Source: a virus
Lineage: Duplodnaviria; Heunggongvirae; Uroviricota; Caudoviricetes
Strand: one strand, 5' to 3'
IMG/VR virus record: IMGVR_UViG_3300024344_000001
Length of the DNA: 41,009 nucleotides
The number at the start of each line of letters is the position of its first letter. Within the stretch, counting starts at the first letter, position 1. Both the position numbers and the translations under genes were made by a program. This document shows positions 1 through 7,775 of this stretch, piece after piece. The notes below the pieces were generated by a model. That model searched no databases. It was given only the letters and a program-made list of their open reading frames with translations, and had not been told where the DNA came from.

Positions 1-297
1 GCCGTCAGTCGGAGCGATGGACACATAGTGACCATTACGGAAGTGACACTGCAAATTGACTTCGCAGTCAAACGCATGTTGTGCGGCTTCACACAACGCT
101 GTCACGTCATCAGTCGTGTGCGGCACATACCGCGAACTGATCGACTTGACACCTTCCAGGTAGCCGGTGTCAGAACGGAACAAACCGTACTGATCGGTCG
201 GCATGTTGTCGGGACCGAACAGCGGAAACTTATTGACCGTGAAGTCAAAAGTTTTGTTGATCGTGCCCATTGCATCGGTTGAGAGAATTTCAGTCAT
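1..297 (-). CDS. DUF932-like phage protein (5' part, runs off window)
   Basis: Not in the ORF track. Hand translation MTEILSTDAMGTINKTFDFTVNKFPLFGPDNMPTDQYGLFRSDTGYLEGVKSISSRYVPHTTDDV..., with AAGGA SD and an upstream promoter. The GLFRSDT..S.RY.PH pattern recalls DUF932 proteins. Confidence 0.6.
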   Translation of the reverse strand, partial: MTEILSTDAMGTINKTFDFTVNKFPLFGPDNMPTDQYGLFRSDTGYLEGVKSISSRYVPHTTDDVTALCEAAQHAFDCEVNLQCHFRNGHYVSIAPTDG

Positions 298-342
298 TGT
301 GGTTGTTCCTTTCAAGAACAGGAGAAAAGTGGTGATACGTAC

Positions 343-370
343 ATTGTACCACACATCCGACAATTGTCAA
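343..370 (-). promoter_or_regulatory. sigma70 promoter TTGACA-16-TACAAT
   Basis: Read on the minus strand, with extended -10 TG, upstream of the 1..297 gene. Confidence 0.75.
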
Positions 371-378
371 GAGCAATC

Positions 379-606
379 TTAGAAATTTGTGTGCATTTCA
401 TCGAAAGCAGAATCCTGACATTTCTGGCACAAGCCAGAGATTGTGAATTCTTTGGCCGATAGTTCATCGCGGAAGCCATCGACAGGCATACCGCAGCCGA
501 TAGGTGAATCGATGCACCGATTAGAACGGATAGCCGACTGGCGATCCACGCCAAACAGTGCTTCCAGTGCCGCTTCCATGCCTGCTGTTTTTTGTGATGG
601 TTTCAT
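379..606 (-). CDS. small phage hypothetical protein with C-terminal CxxC (FRDELSAKEFTISGLCQKCQD)
   Basis: ORF track 379..684; start moved to MKPSQ behind GAGGG SD and promoter. Confidence 0.75.
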   Translation of the reverse strand: MKPSQKTAGMEAALEALFGVDRQSAIRSNRCIDSPIGCGMPVDGFRDELSAKEFTISGLCQKCQDSAFDEMHTNF

Positions 607-642
607 GATTCCCTCTCGCGTGTTGTTGTTTGTGATAGGTGT

Positions 643-671
643 ATTATACCACGGCCAACCCAAAATTGCAA
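643..671 (-). promoter_or_regulatory. sigma70 promoter TTGCAA-17-TATAAT
   Basis: Direct reading of the minus strand. Confidence 0.75.
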
Positions 672-757
672 GCGGTTTATCCAAAAAATCGTGGCGAATT
701 CAAGAATCCAATCCTGAGAACGGCGGTCCTGATCCTGGGAATTTCCAAAAAAGAATC

Positions 758-838
758 GACGTAACCCGTTGGTATCAAAGGACTTACGTCGCGGCGGGGG
801 CGGCGGCTCGCCCTAAGTCGTTTCATATCAACAACTTA
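758..838. repeat. palindromic doublet 1 (sites 762-786 and 814-838)
   Basis: TAACCCGTT-GGTATCA-AAGGACTTA, GC-rich linker, TAAGTCGTT-TCATATC-AACAACTTA. Confidence 0.9.
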
Positions 839-869
839 TATCAATCTTTGAGCTAAGCCACCCTACGAA

Positions 870-1091
870 CTACGGAACCTCACACCCGCAGTCTAAACAT
901 TCCCGCCAGCAATCCTCTCCATTTCCGTAACTTTCTACCTGTTCGTGAGAACATTCCAAACTTATACCAAACTCCCTTGACATAGCTTCGATACTGTTAA
1001 CCTTAGCCCTAGCAGCATTATATTCAATGCGTAGCTGCCGGAGGGTCTTGATGTCGTACAGTAGATCAAAGCCATAAGGTAGTTCAGTCAT
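870..1091 (-). CDS. hypothetical protein, C-terminal Zn-ribbon-like (CSH...CLDCG)
   Basis: ORF track; co-oriented with neighbours. Confidence 0.6.
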   Translation of the reverse strand: MTELPYGFDLLYDIKTLRQLRIEYNAARAKVNSIEAMSREFGISLECSHEQVESYGNGEDCWRECLDCGCEVP

Positions 1092-1146
1092 TTGTTGATG
1101 CTCTTATTACAAATCTGGATGAGGATACCTAGCAGGGCCAGTTGGA

Positions 1147-1893
1147 TCATTTTCCTTTTATCCTTGCACGGCGGATTTTCTCCCATGCCACAGCGGCCTC
1201 AGTCCCTGCACGTTGTGAGCCGTGAATCTCAAGTGCAAAATCTGATTCTCTATGATTTGGATCGCTCGCGTGACTATCGTCACGGTCGATATCTAAACCC
1301 ATTGCGGCGGCTTCGTCTTCATCCCTCACGACGATAGCAGACCGCAGTCCGTGTATTGGAATTAGTTCATCCCACTTGCCACCATACGAGGCGGTAAGAA
1401 TCATATTCGGCGGGACTTCTCCAGCATAGTCCACCCAATAGGGCAGGCTCTTAGTATATGCGTAGAAAATAGTCTTGGGGTGCAATTCAGCAAACTGCAT
1501 CCAGCCGAGAAAATACTTCTTGTTCAGAAAATCTCCGCTTGTGTGGATACGACAGACGCCCATATTTTCAGGCACGATAGTTGACAGGAAAGTTCGGACT
1601 TGTGCTGTTGATAGCCTACGAATAGCCTCAAAATTCCGCTTGTGCTTTTCGTATACGTTGGTTAAACGTACTTCCTGACTTGCGGCATAGCAGCGGAATT
1701 CCTGCTTTGGTCCGTCCTGGAGTTTTCGACGGCCTTCAACTTCAACAACCTTAGCCTTACATTTCAATGCACCCGGGCAGGCATGGCCTGCGAGCGTATC
1801 GAATGAGTACACTTTGCGGCGATCCTCAAACCACGGCTGCAATGGCTCAAAATCGTACAATTTCTTTAGTTTACTGTTGGCTGGTGAAAACAT
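1147..1893 (-). CDS. GP88-family (gene product 88-like) protein
   Basis: Motifs HACPGA..C, CYAASQE, RIHTSGDF, YAYTKS, LTASYGG; start moved to MFSPANSKL after SD and promoter. Confidence 0.75.
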   Translation of the reverse strand: MFSPANSKLKKLYDFEPLQPWFEDRRKVYSFDTLAGHACPGALKCKAKVVEVEGRRKLQDGPKQEFRCYAASQEVRLTNVYEKHKRNFEAIRRLSTAQVRTFLSTIVPENMGVCRIHTSGDFLNKKYFLGWMQFAELHPKTIFYAYTKSLPYWVDYAGEVPPNMILTASYGGKWDELIPIHGLRSAIVVRDEDEAAAMGLDIDRDDSHASDPNHRESDFALEIHGSQRAGTEAAVAWEKIRRARIKGK

Positions 1894-1922
1894 TCGTTCC
1901 CTTTCTGTGTTGGTTTGTGTCC

Positions 1923-1950
1923 ATTGTATCACCCTATACAATAATTGCAA
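1923..1950 (-). promoter_or_regulatory. sigma70 promoter TTGCAA-16-TACAAT
   Basis: Direct reading. Confidence 0.7.
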
Positions 1951-1998
1951 GCGGTATTTTCACGGAATCTCGATTATTTTCTTTGAGAATTTTTTCTC

Positions 1999-2080
1999 GC
2001 CGTAACCCCATAGTACTAAAGGACTTACGTCAAAAATGCCCCCCGGCGACGTAACTCGTTTGATAGCAAGTACTTACGTC
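1999..2080. repeat. palindromic doublet 2 (sites 2003-2027 and 2052-2076)
   Basis: TAACCCCAT-AGTACTA-AAGGACTTA and TAACTCGTT-TGATAGC-AAGTACTTA. Confidence 0.9.
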
Positions 2081-2098
2081 ATTTCCCATTATCAGTAA

Positions 2099-2130
2099 AT
2101 AAAAAAAGCCCACCCTTGCGGGTGAGCTTA
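2099..2130 (-). terminator. Rho-independent terminator
   Basis: Minus strand AAGCTCACCC-GCAA-GGGTGGGCTT followed by a T run. Confidence 0.8.
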
Positions 2131-2184
2131 GATATAGCGTGTGGGGGTGGCTGCAATGCATTTACGTACTCCAGCCCCCACAGG

Positions 2185-2388
2185 CTACAGTTCGACGATT
2201 TTCTTAGCACTGAAAGTGCGGTAGCCGGTAGAGCCTTCGTTGACGGTCACGTAGGGGCCGTTGGGACCAACACCCTTACGGTCGATGACACCGGTCACAC
2301 TACGCAGCACGTTGGTGTTGCCATGTCGGGGATAGAGAAATGAGACCCGTGAACCGGAACGCTTGTTTTTGAGAACTGACTTTTCCAT
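2185..2388 (-). CDS. hypothetical protein (basic, beta-rich)
   Basis: ORF track; TAATG coupling with the upstream gene. Confidence 0.7.
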   Translation of the reverse strand: MEKSVLKNKRSGSRVSFLYPRHGNTNVLRSVTGVIDRKGVGPNGPYVTVNEGSTGYRTFSAKKIVEL

Positions 2389-2537
2389 TACTTAAACTCC
2401 GAGAGACGTTCTGCCATAGAAAAACTACAACGTGCAATTTCTCCATCTTCGCGGCGGATTAGGATGTGGTCGTTCTTAATGGCTACGACCACGCAGCCAG
2501 GCAATTCGGTGTCAACCTTAATCGTCGGATTCTGCAT
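2388..2537 (-). CDS. hypothetical protein (MQNPTIKV...)
   Basis: ORF track 2388..2573 with start adjusted. Confidence 0.6.
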   Translation of the reverse strand: MQNPTIKVDTELPGCVVVAIKNDHILIRREDGEIARCSFSMAERLSEFK

Positions 2538-2751
2538 TTTCAGCTTCTTCCAGTTCTTCGCGAAGGGAATCAAGCTTCCGCTTTTTTTCTTCCTTCACTC
2601 GACGTGTGAGATTGTCGGCCAGAGATTCCTTTTCGGCCAGTGTAAGGGTAACGTTGATTTCGTTACCATCCTCAGTATAGATCGTCAGATCACCCCAACA
2701 TGAGATAGAAGAGATTTTCTTGACAGAGATAGTTGTTTTCGTCTTCAGCAT
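2518..2751 (-). CDS. hypothetical protein, coiled-coil C-terminus
   Basis: ORF track; AGGAG SD. Confidence 0.7.
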   Translation of the reverse strand: MLKTKTTISVKKISSISCWGDLTIYTEDGNEINVTLTLAEKESLADNLTRRVKEEKKRKLDSLREELEEAENAESDD

Positions 2752-2789
2752 TTTAATACTCCTGGGGGACTATGGGGCTAGGTTGAGAG

Positions 2790-2864
2790 TGACACAGACG
2801 GGAATCGAACCCGTGAACATCAGATTGAAAGTCTGATATTTCTGCCAACAGAAACTACTGTGCC
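2790..2864 (-). tRNA. trnE: tRNA-Glu(UUC)
   Basis: Acceptor GGCACAG/CTGTGTC+A, anticodon arm TCAGA-CTTTCAA-TCTGA, T arm ACGGG-TTCGATT-CCCGT; CCA not encoded. Confidence 0.88.
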
Positions 2865-2869
2865 AAAAG

Positions 2870-2955
2870 CTGCGAGCGATAGAATCGAACTATCGGTAAG
2901 AGCACTAGGACAGGTTTGAACCAGAGAGATCCTAATGTTTACAACCGTTCTCGCA
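2870..2955 (-). ncRNA. tRNA-like structured RNA (acceptor-like stem plus T arm, atypical middle)
   Basis: TGCGAG/CTCGCA closing stem, CGATAG-TTCGATT-CTATCG T arm, CATTAGGA/TCCTAGTG central stem; no proper D arm. Confidence 0.55.
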
Positions 2956-2985
2956 AAAGATGGGGGGAATGTAGCGGTCCCCCCG
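2956..2985 (-). terminator. hairpin after 2996..3256 (terminator or processing site)
   Basis: GGGGGGA...TCCCCCC followed by ATCTTTT on the minus strand. Confidence 0.45.
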
Positions 2986-2995
2986 GCCGCAGTGA

Positions 2996-3256
2996 CTACT
3001 CTGACAGAGTCGAAGCAGCAGCGGAAAGCACTTCATCAGTGCTTACACCGTGTTCTTCGGCCAGAGCGGACAGAGCACACGCAAGTGTGTCCTGTTCGAT
3101 CAGGTAGTCGAATGCCTCATCGGCAGTCATGTCTTCCATGTTGAAAGAGCGGGTGCCCTTCTGGATCTTGCCATCAACGATGACACCTGCACGGACGTTG
3201 ACACGACCACGGATAGCTTCCTCAGTTCGAGCCGGACCAGTTGAAATTGCACTCAT
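2996..3256 (-). CDS. hypothetical protein
   Basis: ORF track; AAGGA SD; promoter at 3313-3340. Confidence 0.75.
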   Translation of the reverse strand: MSAISTGPARTEEAIRGRVNVRAGVIVDGKIQKGTRSFNMEDMTADEAFDYLIEQDTLACALSALAEEHGVSTDEVLSAAASTLSE

Positions 3257-3312
3257 TGTGTTGTTCCTTTCGTGAACAGGGTAAAAAGTGAAGTGCGTTC
3301 TTCGTTGCCCCT

Positions 3313-3340
3313 ATTATAGCAGAGGCGAGCTAATTGTCAA
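3313..3340 (-). promoter_or_regulatory. sigma70 promoter TTGACA-16-TATAAT
   Basis: Perfect hexamers. Confidence 0.8.
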
Positions 3341-3359
3341 GCGGTTTTTTGAAAGTTTT

Positions 3360-3677
3360 CTAATATGCCAGAACTTTTGTCCAAGCGGCGGTGTACGTAC
3401 TCCAGACAGCTTCAGACAAATTGTGATCGTTTAACACTTCTGGATGTCGATACCAGGTGCGATCATACCAGAAAGCCTGAAGTTCCTTGACTGTCCTTGG
3501 AGCATGGCAACAGTGGCCGTACAACTGCCCAAGTACACATTGGCCCGCACTCCGCAAATCTAATTCGGACAAATTGATTTTTTCTCGCCATCCAGGGTTG
3601 ACTTCATCCAGCTTTGCGGCTGCACGCTGAACAGAACGCCGTACATTTTCCGGTTTCAGATACGATGCCATTTTCAT
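3360..3677 (-). CDS. phage hypothetical protein (LDE..PGW...INL..LDL...CVLGQLYG)
   Basis: ORF track with start moved to MKMASY after promoter 3721-3748. Confidence 0.7.
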   Translation of the reverse strand: MKMASYLKPENVRRSVQRAAAKLDEVNPGWREKINLSELDLRSAGQCVLGQLYGHCCHAPRTVKELQAFWYDRTWYRHPEVLNDHNLSEAVWSTYTAAWTKVLAY

Positions 3678-3720
3678 TCGCCTTTCGTTGTGGGGTGTGT
3701 TGTTCGTTGCTTGTGCCCCC

Positions 3721-3748
3721 ATTATACAGTATCGACCAGAATAGTCAA
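3721..3748 (-). promoter_or_regulatory. sigma70 promoter TTGACT-16-TATAAT
   Basis: Direct reading. Confidence 0.75.
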
Positions 3749-3806
3749 GAGGATTCAATAAAGTTTTTCAAAGTTTATCCGTTTTCAATAATGAGAACTG
3801 ATTCTC

Positions 3807-3887
3807 GCCGTAAGTGTATGGTATCAAAGGACTTAGGGAAAATCCGGCCCGCCGCCTCGACGTAAGTCGTTGCGGTCAAAGGGTTTA
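3807..3887. repeat. palindromic doublet 3 (sites 3811-3835 and 3863-3887)
   Basis: TAAGTGTAT-GGTATCA-AAGGACTTA and TAAGTCGTT-GCGGTCA-AAGGGTTTA. Confidence 0.9.
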
Positions 3888-4061
3888 TGCCAAACACCAG
3901 ACTTCATCATCCTTAATGGTGTCATATACTTCCACATGGTCATAAGATTTATGTTTTAGGGCGATTTCTTTTGCCTCGTCTAGGGTGGCAGCTACTCCCA
4001 CGATATCCTGTATTCCACCACTAGGGTAGTATGTATCAAACGCAAAAACTAAATATCGCAC
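3885..4061 (-). CDS. small phage protein MRYLVFAFDTYYPSGGIQD... (58 aa)
   Basis: Hand translated with GTG start after GGAG; its TAA stop is the outer TAA of repeat site 3863-3887. Confidence 0.7.
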   Translation of the reverse strand: MRYLVFAFDTYYPSGGIQDIVGVAATLDEAKEIALKHKSYDHVEVYDTIKDDEVWCLA

Positions 4062-4183
4062 GTAAATCTCTCCCAGTTATGAGACCACCAGACCAGCATA
4101 CCCTGCCAACGAAGCGGGTGTACATGCTCAGGACGGTCAGCACATTTGTACTTCATTCGGTAGACGAATGCTTGAATGGTCAT
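4049..4183 (-). CDS. small hypothetical protein (44 aa)
   Basis: Hand translated MTIQAFVYRMKYKC...; ATGA overlap with 4180..4437. Confidence 0.5.
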   Translation of the reverse strand: MTIQAFVYRMKYKCADRPEHVHPLRWQGMLVWWSHNWERFTCDI

Positions 4184-4437
4184 ATGTCCAGATTCTTTCT
4201 GCAATCTCGGCAGATATTAACATGCTCGCCCATATCCATTGTGATATATGTGTCAGAGTGTGAGCAGGTTGTAAAATACTCGGCTTCAATTTCGTCGAGC
4301 AAATCAGCAATAGAATGTGATTCCTCTCTTGCTGCTGGTGTGATCCAATCCCATTGGTCCGCTGTGAATCTCAATGATGAAGAGGCTTTCGCGATTGCCC
4401 GTATCCATTCAGGTTTTATGGTAATGGTTTTACTCAT
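4180..4437 (-). CDS. hypothetical protein, C-terminal Zn-ribbon-like (CSH...CRDC)
   Basis: ORF track; AAGGA SD. Confidence 0.7.
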   Translation of the reverse strand: MSKTITIKPEWIRAIAKASSSLRFTADQWDWITPAAREESHSIADLLDEIEAEYFTTCSHSDTYITMDMGEHVNICRDCRKNLDI

Positions 4438-4553
4438 CGTTGTTCCTTCAGGGCTTCAGCCTTCTGTGCCTGTCGTGTGCGTTTACGTTTACTACGCTTG
4501 TCACGATGCACGCCACAACCCTGCGACGTGTCAACGTGACCCATAGCATACAT
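4434..4553 (-). CDS. small basic peptide (GVHRDKRSKRKRTR; 39 aa)
   Basis: Hand translated; fills the gap and is ATGA-coupled to the next gene. Confidence 0.55.
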   Translation of the reverse strand: MYAMGHVDTSQGCGVHRDKRSKRKRTRQAQKAEALKEQR

Positions 4554-4557
4554 TCGC

Positions 4558-4992
4558 CTACTCTTCTTCGAAGTCTTCATTGCTCAACTTTCCTTGTTCA
4601 ATCATGAGTCTTGCGAACAGACGCAAGTTTCTGTCTAGTCTATCTTCGTCTTCGTCCCATTCCATTTCTGGGGGGTTTTCTCCAGCATCTTCAATTTCCT
4701 GGATTGATCGCGGATCATCGTAGATACTCAGGCAAGAAACCTGGTCCCGATAGTCTTCCGCTTTTTCTTCTTTGGTCGCTTTACGCTGCCGAAAGTCTGA
4801 CAATTCGTTGACTCGCTTTTGATTCTCGCGAGCCAGAATCATATCGGCTACACTACCATCAGCATCACCGAAAAGATCCATCAGAGAATCCTGCCATTCC
4901 TGAAACAGGTGGCGGGCGATAGGTGATTCCAGGGCGTCAATACGTTCCTGATTTGTTGGGAAATTGCGGCCATCGTCAAGAATAATCGGCAT
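4558..4992 (-). CDS. acidic hypothetical protein
   Basis: ORF track; GGAG SD; TATAAT at 5028-5033. Confidence 0.75.
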   Translation of the reverse strand: MPIILDDGRNFPTNQERIDALESPIARHLFQEWQDSLMDLFGDADGSVADMILARENQKRVNELSDFRQRKATKEEKAEDYRDQVSCLSIYDDPRSIQEIEDAGENPPEMEWDEDEDRLDRNLRLFARLMIEQGKLSNEDFEEE

Positions 4993-5070
4993 TGTGTGAA
5001 CTCCAGAAGGTTGGTTTGTGAGAGTGTATTATACCAGACTTCCATATCTGGTGAAAGGCTAATCGCCCAA

Positions 5071-5421
5071 CTATTTCCAAAAAGGGTCAGAATCGAAAGA
5101 ATCAACATCCATCGGCAAATCGTGACGCTTCACAACATCACCAACAGCGTTGACACACAATGGAGCATCAGCTCGATCAGCACCGTAGCCGCTGCCGGTG
5201 TAAACATCAGACGGCAAATCATCGCCGTCATTCCAACATCGATGCCATCGATCACCACAGCAAGAACAATCCTTACCGGAATTACAGCCGTCGAAATAAA
5301 CGTCCGTAAACTGCGTAACTAAATCGTCAGCATGATCGCTGTTCTTAGCCTGAACGATAACGTACAACGGTCCCCAGTAAGAACCGCCAGAGTTGTTTTG
5401 ATCGTATGCGAAAAACTTCAT
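5071..5421 (-). CDS. phage hypothetical protein (F..Y.QNNSGG...DCSCCGDRW)
   Basis: ORF track; motif typical of small phage proteins; AAGGA SD. Confidence 0.8.
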   Translation of the reverse strand: MKFFAYDQNNSGGSYWGPLYVIVQAKNSDHADDLVTQFTDVYFDGCNSGKDCSCCGDRWHRCWNDGDDLPSDVYTGSGYGADRADAPLCVNAVGDVVKRHDLPMDVDSFDSDPFWK

Positions 5422-5442
5422 TTTTTCTTCCTTTACCGTAGG

Positions 5443-5640
5443 TCAGTATCCTAACCAAGTGAGAATTGCCTGAGCACTGAATTCGCCGTTTAAATCCCGC
5501 TCACATATTATAGCATCTTCTTCGACACACCACAAGCGACCATCACTCAAAACCTGAACAATTTTGAAATGTTTTTCAAGTTCTCGGATCGCCTCATCTT
5601 CTGAGACTGTTGTGGTTTCGTCGATTTCGTCAAGTGTCAT
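5443..5640 (-). CDS. hypothetical protein (MTLDEID...WLGY)
   Basis: ORF track with start adjusted. Confidence 0.65.
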   Translation of the reverse strand: MTLDEIDETTTVSEDEAIRELEKHFKIVQVLSDGRLWCVEEDAIICERDLNGEFSAQAILTWLGY

Positions 5641-5641
5641 T

Positions 5642-5782
5642 CTAACACCCCAATAATAGAGACTCACAGATTTCGTGGAAATCCCTCAAATTGATTTTTC
5701 CAGTTTTGACCCATTCATATACCAGCCTGATGCGGTCTTCCATGCACATGTTTTTCAGTTTTTTCCACATTTCGTTATTCAT
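5642..5782 (-). CDS. small protein (YEWVKTGKI motif; 46 aa)
   Basis: Hand translated MNNEMWKKLKNM...; GGAG SD. Confidence 0.6.
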   Translation of the reverse strand: MNNEMWKKLKNMCMEDRIRLVYEWVKTGKINLRDFHEICESLLLGC

Positions 5783-5845
5783 GATACCCAATCTCCGTCT
5801 GCGTTAAAATAACCCTTAATTATGTTTTCCCTTTCGTGTACGTAC

Positions 5846-5874
5846 ATTATACACTAATCATCGGCACATGTCAA
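5846..5874 (-). promoter_or_regulatory. sigma70 promoter TTGACA-17-TATAAT with GCCGAT in the spacer
   Basis: Direct reading. Confidence 0.8.
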
Positions 5875-5935
5875 CGCCGTTCTCTACCTTTTTCTGAATA
5901 TTCTCCGTTCTCATTATCAGTAATAAACCTCACCC

Positions 5936-6012
5936 TAAACCCTTACCACTAAAGGACTTACGTCAAATCGGCCCCCGGCGACGTAAGTCGTTACCCACAC
6001 AGTGGTTACGTC
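5936..6012. repeat. palindromic doublet 4 (sites 5936-5960 and 5984-6008)
   Basis: TAAACCCTT-ACCACTA-AAGGACTTA and TAAGTCGTT-ACCCACA-CAGTGGTTA. Confidence 0.9.
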
Positions 6013-6235
6013 ACTAGCTCGGCTTGGCTACCCGATAGGGTCGGGTGTTACAAACGGGAAGGCTCTGACACGCCGCCCACCACATAGGTGCCCATTGGCG
6101 ACGTGTCCCCACAATTTCGCATAGCCTACCTGATCTCCGCATGTGGGGGCGTCCAGGTGTAATGGCGTAAATCTCACATTGGATTATCTCCGCTAAGGTG
6201 ATGCCCTTGCCAGGGGCTTAGTTGGGTGGCTTTTC

Positions 6236-6379
6236 CTAATTCGCCAAACATTGAAGTTCGGCGTTTGCATCTTCAATCGCCTGATCGTCCCAGTCGTCCA
6301 GCCACTGCAATTCCTGGGAAGCCTCGTAAGCTTCCAGTGCGGCCAGATCTTCAACTTGAATGTTATCGAAAGAATCCAT
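6236..6379 (-). CDS. very acidic mini-protein MDSFDNIQVEDLAALE... (47 aa)
   Basis: Hand translated; GGAG SD and promoter TTGACT-16-TATAAT at 6415-6442. Confidence 0.7.
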   Translation of the reverse strand: MDSFDNIQVEDLAALEAYEASQELQWLDDWDDQAIEDANAELQCLAN

Positions 6380-6452
6380 CTTGAAATCTCCAAAGGTTGT
6401 TGACTGATACGAGTATTATACTGGCTTTCGCCAGTGAGTCAAGAGCAAAACT

Positions 6453-6600
6453 TAAAAAGTTTCGTCAAATTGTCCGTGATCCCAATCATCCCCACCGTAC
6501 ACGTCCTGCCATTCCTCATACTCCGTAGGTTGACCGTCATCCTCATCCTGGTTGACATCACCGGTGTCGGCATCGCCGCAGCATGTGCAGCAAGCAGGTT
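6453..6600 (-). pseudogene. 5'-truncated acidic ORF (...DDGQPTEYEEWQDVYGGDDWDHGQFDETF)
   Basis: Protein-like frame bounded upstream by TAA, with no in-frame start near its 5' end. Confidence 0.4.
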
Positions 6601-6720
6601 ACGGCGATTTCAAATTCTTCAAAATAAGAACGGCGGTCCTGATACCACTATCAAGTAAGAAGGACTCTTGCAAGATTTTATTGGGCGTGATTCTCCCCGA
6701 CCCTTACTCGCCGTGTAGGC

Positions 6721-6878
6721 AACCCCTGGCAGGATTCGACACCTGCGAACATAAATACCTGCCGGCTGTGTATCGATCCACAGCCTTACTGCTCAGCCCG
6801 GTACCAGGCCGTCAGTGAGTCAGATATCTATAACACCAGATTTATAGTCCGGTCGCTATGCTATCCGCGTACAGGGGT
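6721..6878 (-). ncRNA. tRNA-like RNA, AUA anticodon, 89-nt structured variable-arm insertion
   Basis: ACCCCTG/CAGGGGT acceptor, CGC/GCG D stem, CCGGA-CTATAAA-TCTGG, GCAGG-TGTCGAAT-CCTGC. Confidence 0.7.
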
Positions 6879-6979
6879 ATATTGTATGTAGTGCGTGCTA
6901 TATAACGGCCCTTACAAACGCGATTGCTCGGCACCATCGGACTTCCACCGATCCGCACTGTATATTAGTTTGTTTCGAA

Positions 6980-7054
6980 AGCACTTACTGCGACCAGCGG
7001 GATATCTCCAGGACTTTTCATTCCCGTTTTCCCGCTGGTCGCAACAAATGCTCT
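6980..7054 (-). ncRNA. long hairpin RNA at the 5' end of a putative ncRNA transcript
   Basis: Perfect 14-bp inverted repeat 6989-7002/7030-7043 directly after promoter 7061-7089. Confidence 0.5.
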
Positions 7055-7060
7055 CTCAGT

Positions 7061-7089
7061 ATTTTAACCGATAGACTCCCGTTTGTCAA
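7061..7089 (-). promoter_or_regulatory. sigma70 promoter TTGACA-17-TAAAAT
   Basis: Direct reading; no credible CDS downstream, only structured elements. Confidence 0.65.
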
Positions 7090-7188
7090 TAGCTCGACGA
7101 GCCTTTTTGGAGTTTTTCTTGAGAGTTTCGGTTTTCTCTCGACGGCCCCGACCACAGCGGGAACCGCCCATACCTTTTTTGACTTTCA

Positions 7189-7440
7189 TCAATTACCTTC
7201 TGCTGCCTTCTGCTGCATGGCACTTTCAGCGTTTTTGAGAATGTGAAGATGGATAATGCTCTTATCAATGGTTTCCTCAAGCTGGCTGAGGTGTTCGCCA
7301 GCCGGTGAAGCTTCCACTTCCTTCATAGCTTCCGGTGCGTGTAGGCGACACAGAGCCAGCACCATTAGGGTGCATTCGTTCATCTGGATTGCGGTGCTGA
7401 CTGGAATACCCTTGGCAGGAATGTTGTTTACCAGTTTCAT
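7189..7440 (-). CDS. hypothetical protein
   Basis: ORF track; GGAG SD; promoter TTGACA-16-TATAAT at 7481-7508. Confidence 0.7.
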   Translation of the reverse strand: MKLVNNIPAKGIPVSTAIQMNECTLMVLALCRLHAPEAMKEVEASPAGEHLSQLEETIDKSIIHLHILKNAESAMQQKAAEGN

Positions 7441-7580
7441 CTTTCAAATCTCCAAAAGTGGTTGAGTGTTGTATGCTAACATTATAGCACACGGTCAAGA
7501 AATGTCAACTCTATTTCGACAAAAAAGCCAGAAAACCCATAATCGCCGGAGCCGCAATAGAAACGGCGATACTTACCAGG

Positions 7581-7775
7581 TTAATCAGTTCTGCCCAGTC
7601 TATCATTCAGCTTTTTCCTTTTTTCTTCTTTTGCTGCTTGCTTAGCGGCCCGCTCTGCTCTCATTGGGGCCATTGCATCAAATGCACATTGCCAATGGGA
7701 AACCTTAGCCGCTTCAGGATGATCTCCTACGGGTTTGCCGCAGTAAACACAGTTGTGTGGTACGATTTTGCTCAT
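7581..7775 (-). CDS. small CxxC protein, probably leaderless
   Basis: ATG lies 6 nt after TATAAT of promoter TTGACA-17-TATAAT (7782-7810). Confidence 0.65.
   Translation of the reverse strand: MSKIVPHNCVYCGKPVGDHPEAAKVSHWQCAFDAMAPMRAERAAKQAAKEEKRKKLNDRLGRTD

Noticed and set aside
2870-2955. Selenocysteine or opal-suppressor tRNA
   Set aside because: The UCA-containing loop lacks a proper 5-bp anticodon stem, and there is no D arm or Sec-type long acceptor and variable arms.
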